A stretch of 64,000 nucleotides of DNA from Podarcis pityusensis (Eukaryota). The notes under the pieces are model-generated. The model did not search any database and had not been told where the DNA came from. It saw only the letters and a program-made list of their open reading frames with translations. This document shows positions 62,312 to 64,000 of the stretch, in pieces (the stretch's first letter is position 1; each line of letters opens with the position of its first letter). The stretch is from the NCBI GenBank assembly GCA_964106645.2, contig OZ067040.1. The stretch is one strand, 5' to 3'. The translations under genes were made by a program, and so were the position numbers.

Positions 62312-63369
62312 ATAGAATCATAGAATCATAGAGTTGGAAGAGACCACAAGGGCCATCGAGTCCAACCCCCTGCCAAGCAGGAAACACCATCAGAACACTC
62401 CTGACATATGGTTGTCAAGCCTCTGCTTAAAGACCTCCAAAGAAGGAGACTCCACCACACTCCTTGGCAGCAAATTCCACTGTCAAACAGCTCTTACTGT
62501 CAGGAAGTTCTTCCTAATGTTTAGGTGGACTCTTCTTTCTTGTAGTTTGGATCCATTGCTCCGTGTCCGCTTCTCTAGAGCAGCAGAAAACAACCTTTCT
62601 CCCTCCTCTATGTGACATCCTTTTATATATTTGAACATGGCTATCATATCACCCCTTAACCTCCTCTTCTCCAGGCGAAACATGCCCAGCTCCCTTAGCC
62701 GTTCCTCATAAAGTATCGTTTCCAGGCCTTTGACCATTTTGGTTGCCCTCCTCTGGACACGTTCCAGTTTGTCAGTGTCCTTCTTGAACTGTGGTGCCCA
62801 GAACTGGACACAGTACTCCAGGTGAGGTCTGACCAGAGCAGAATACAGTGGCACTATTACTTCCCTTGATCTAGATGCTATACTCCTATTGATGCAGCCC
62901 AGAATTGCATTGGCTTTTTAAGCTGCCGTGTCACACTGTTGGCTCATGTTAAGTTTGTGGTCAACCAAGACTCCTAGATCCTTTTCACATGTACTGCTCT
63001 CAAGCCAGGTGTCACCCATCTTGTATTTGTGCCTCTCATTTTTTTTGCCCAAGTGCAATACTTTACATTTCTCCCTGTTAAAATTCATCTTGTTTGTTTT
63101 GGCCCAGTTCTCTAATCTGTCAAGGTCGTTTTGAAGTGTGATCCTGTCCTCTGGGGTGTTAGCCACCCCTCCCAGTTTGGTGTCATCTGCAAATTTGATC
63201 AGGATGCCCTTGAGTCCATCATCCAAGTCGTTGATAAAGATGTTGAATAAGACCGGGCCCAAGACAGAACCCTGTGGCACCCCACTAGTCGCTCTTCTCC
63301 AGGATGAAGAGGAACCATTGATGAGCACCCTTTGGGTTCGGTCAGTCAGCCAGTTACAAATCCACTGAG
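62312..63369 (-). mobile_element. Young 5'-truncated CR1 LINE (RT C-terminal half and 3' UTR)
   Basis: [31 protein letters not shown] and [17 protein letters not shown] in one frame with two nonsense codons (62918, 62483); (ATTCTATG)n tail; TSD TGGATAC. Confidence 0.97.
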
Positions 63370-64000
63370 TGGATACCAGGAGGCCTGTTCCGCAGTTAGG
63401 GCCAGGATGTTTTGCCGCTTCAAGCGGAACGGGAAATGCCACTGCCCACTGCTGCCCCCTCCTCCTGCCTCCACATCCTCCATGCTTGCCCACCAACACA
63501 CCGTGGCAGCCACATCAGTGGGAGGCTGTGGAAGAGCCTGTTATGCAGCAACTCAGAGCAAGGAGTTAACATGTGGTTGCCCCAATTCTGTGGAAGAGCA
63601 TTCCTGTTGTGAAGTGGCAGGCATCTGCAACTTGCCCTATCTGGAAACGGTTGAAGAAATTTTAGATAAATGGGTCTTTGCCATGGGTGTCTATTTTGTA
63701 TGGTTTGAGTTTGGTTTTAAATGTATCTGCTGGGTTTTTTTGTGTTTAAATTGCATAACTATTTTTTTGCTGTTTGTATTGTAGAGTGCCCTGAGGCAAT
63801 TATATGCAAGGCAATTAATAAACTGGTGAGGAAGAAAAGAAGGTTAGCGACTTTTATGTAGGTGATACTTCCCTCCACATTGCCAGAACTATGTTTAACT
63901 GAAACTGCCTTTGAGTGTAAAAGTACCCTGAAGACGAAATGAATACAGTTCGAAATTCACTGAATTACTTTATGCAGTCTGTATTTTTACTTGATTTTTG

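Noticed and set aside
62918-63499. 193-aa ORF as a host gene
   Set aside because: CR1 RT sequence read in from flanking DNA; the element has two nonsense codons.

Overview
AT-rich eukaryotic DNA with a repeat content typical of a squamate reptile, probably a lacertid lizard (inferred from Sauria SINEs, Bov-B, CR1, L1, RTE-X, a Squam3-like SINE and hAT/Tc1-mariner MITEs). It reads as intronic or intergenic sequence, and I cannot name a host gene with confidence. Best-supported features: two related, TSD-bounded, internally deleted L1-derived retroelements (48288-50492 and 58661-61657), three TSD-bounded solo LTRs and one probable fourth, a young 5'-truncated CR1, and many small TEs, several of them nested. 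The most unusual structure is at 58.7-61.7 kb: a non-autonomous L1 derivative with an intact 210-aa ORF, whose 3' UTR hosts a 781-bp solo LTR that is itself largely one open reading frame (204 aa from an internal ATG; acidic N-terminus, basic NLS-like C-terminus). There are also phase-compatible candidate exons on the minus strand (11.4-13.7 kb, more weakly 4.6-5.4 kb and 38.7 kb) that could be an unannotated gene or pseudogene; that call is low confidence. All family assignments come from recognition by eye, not from database searches.
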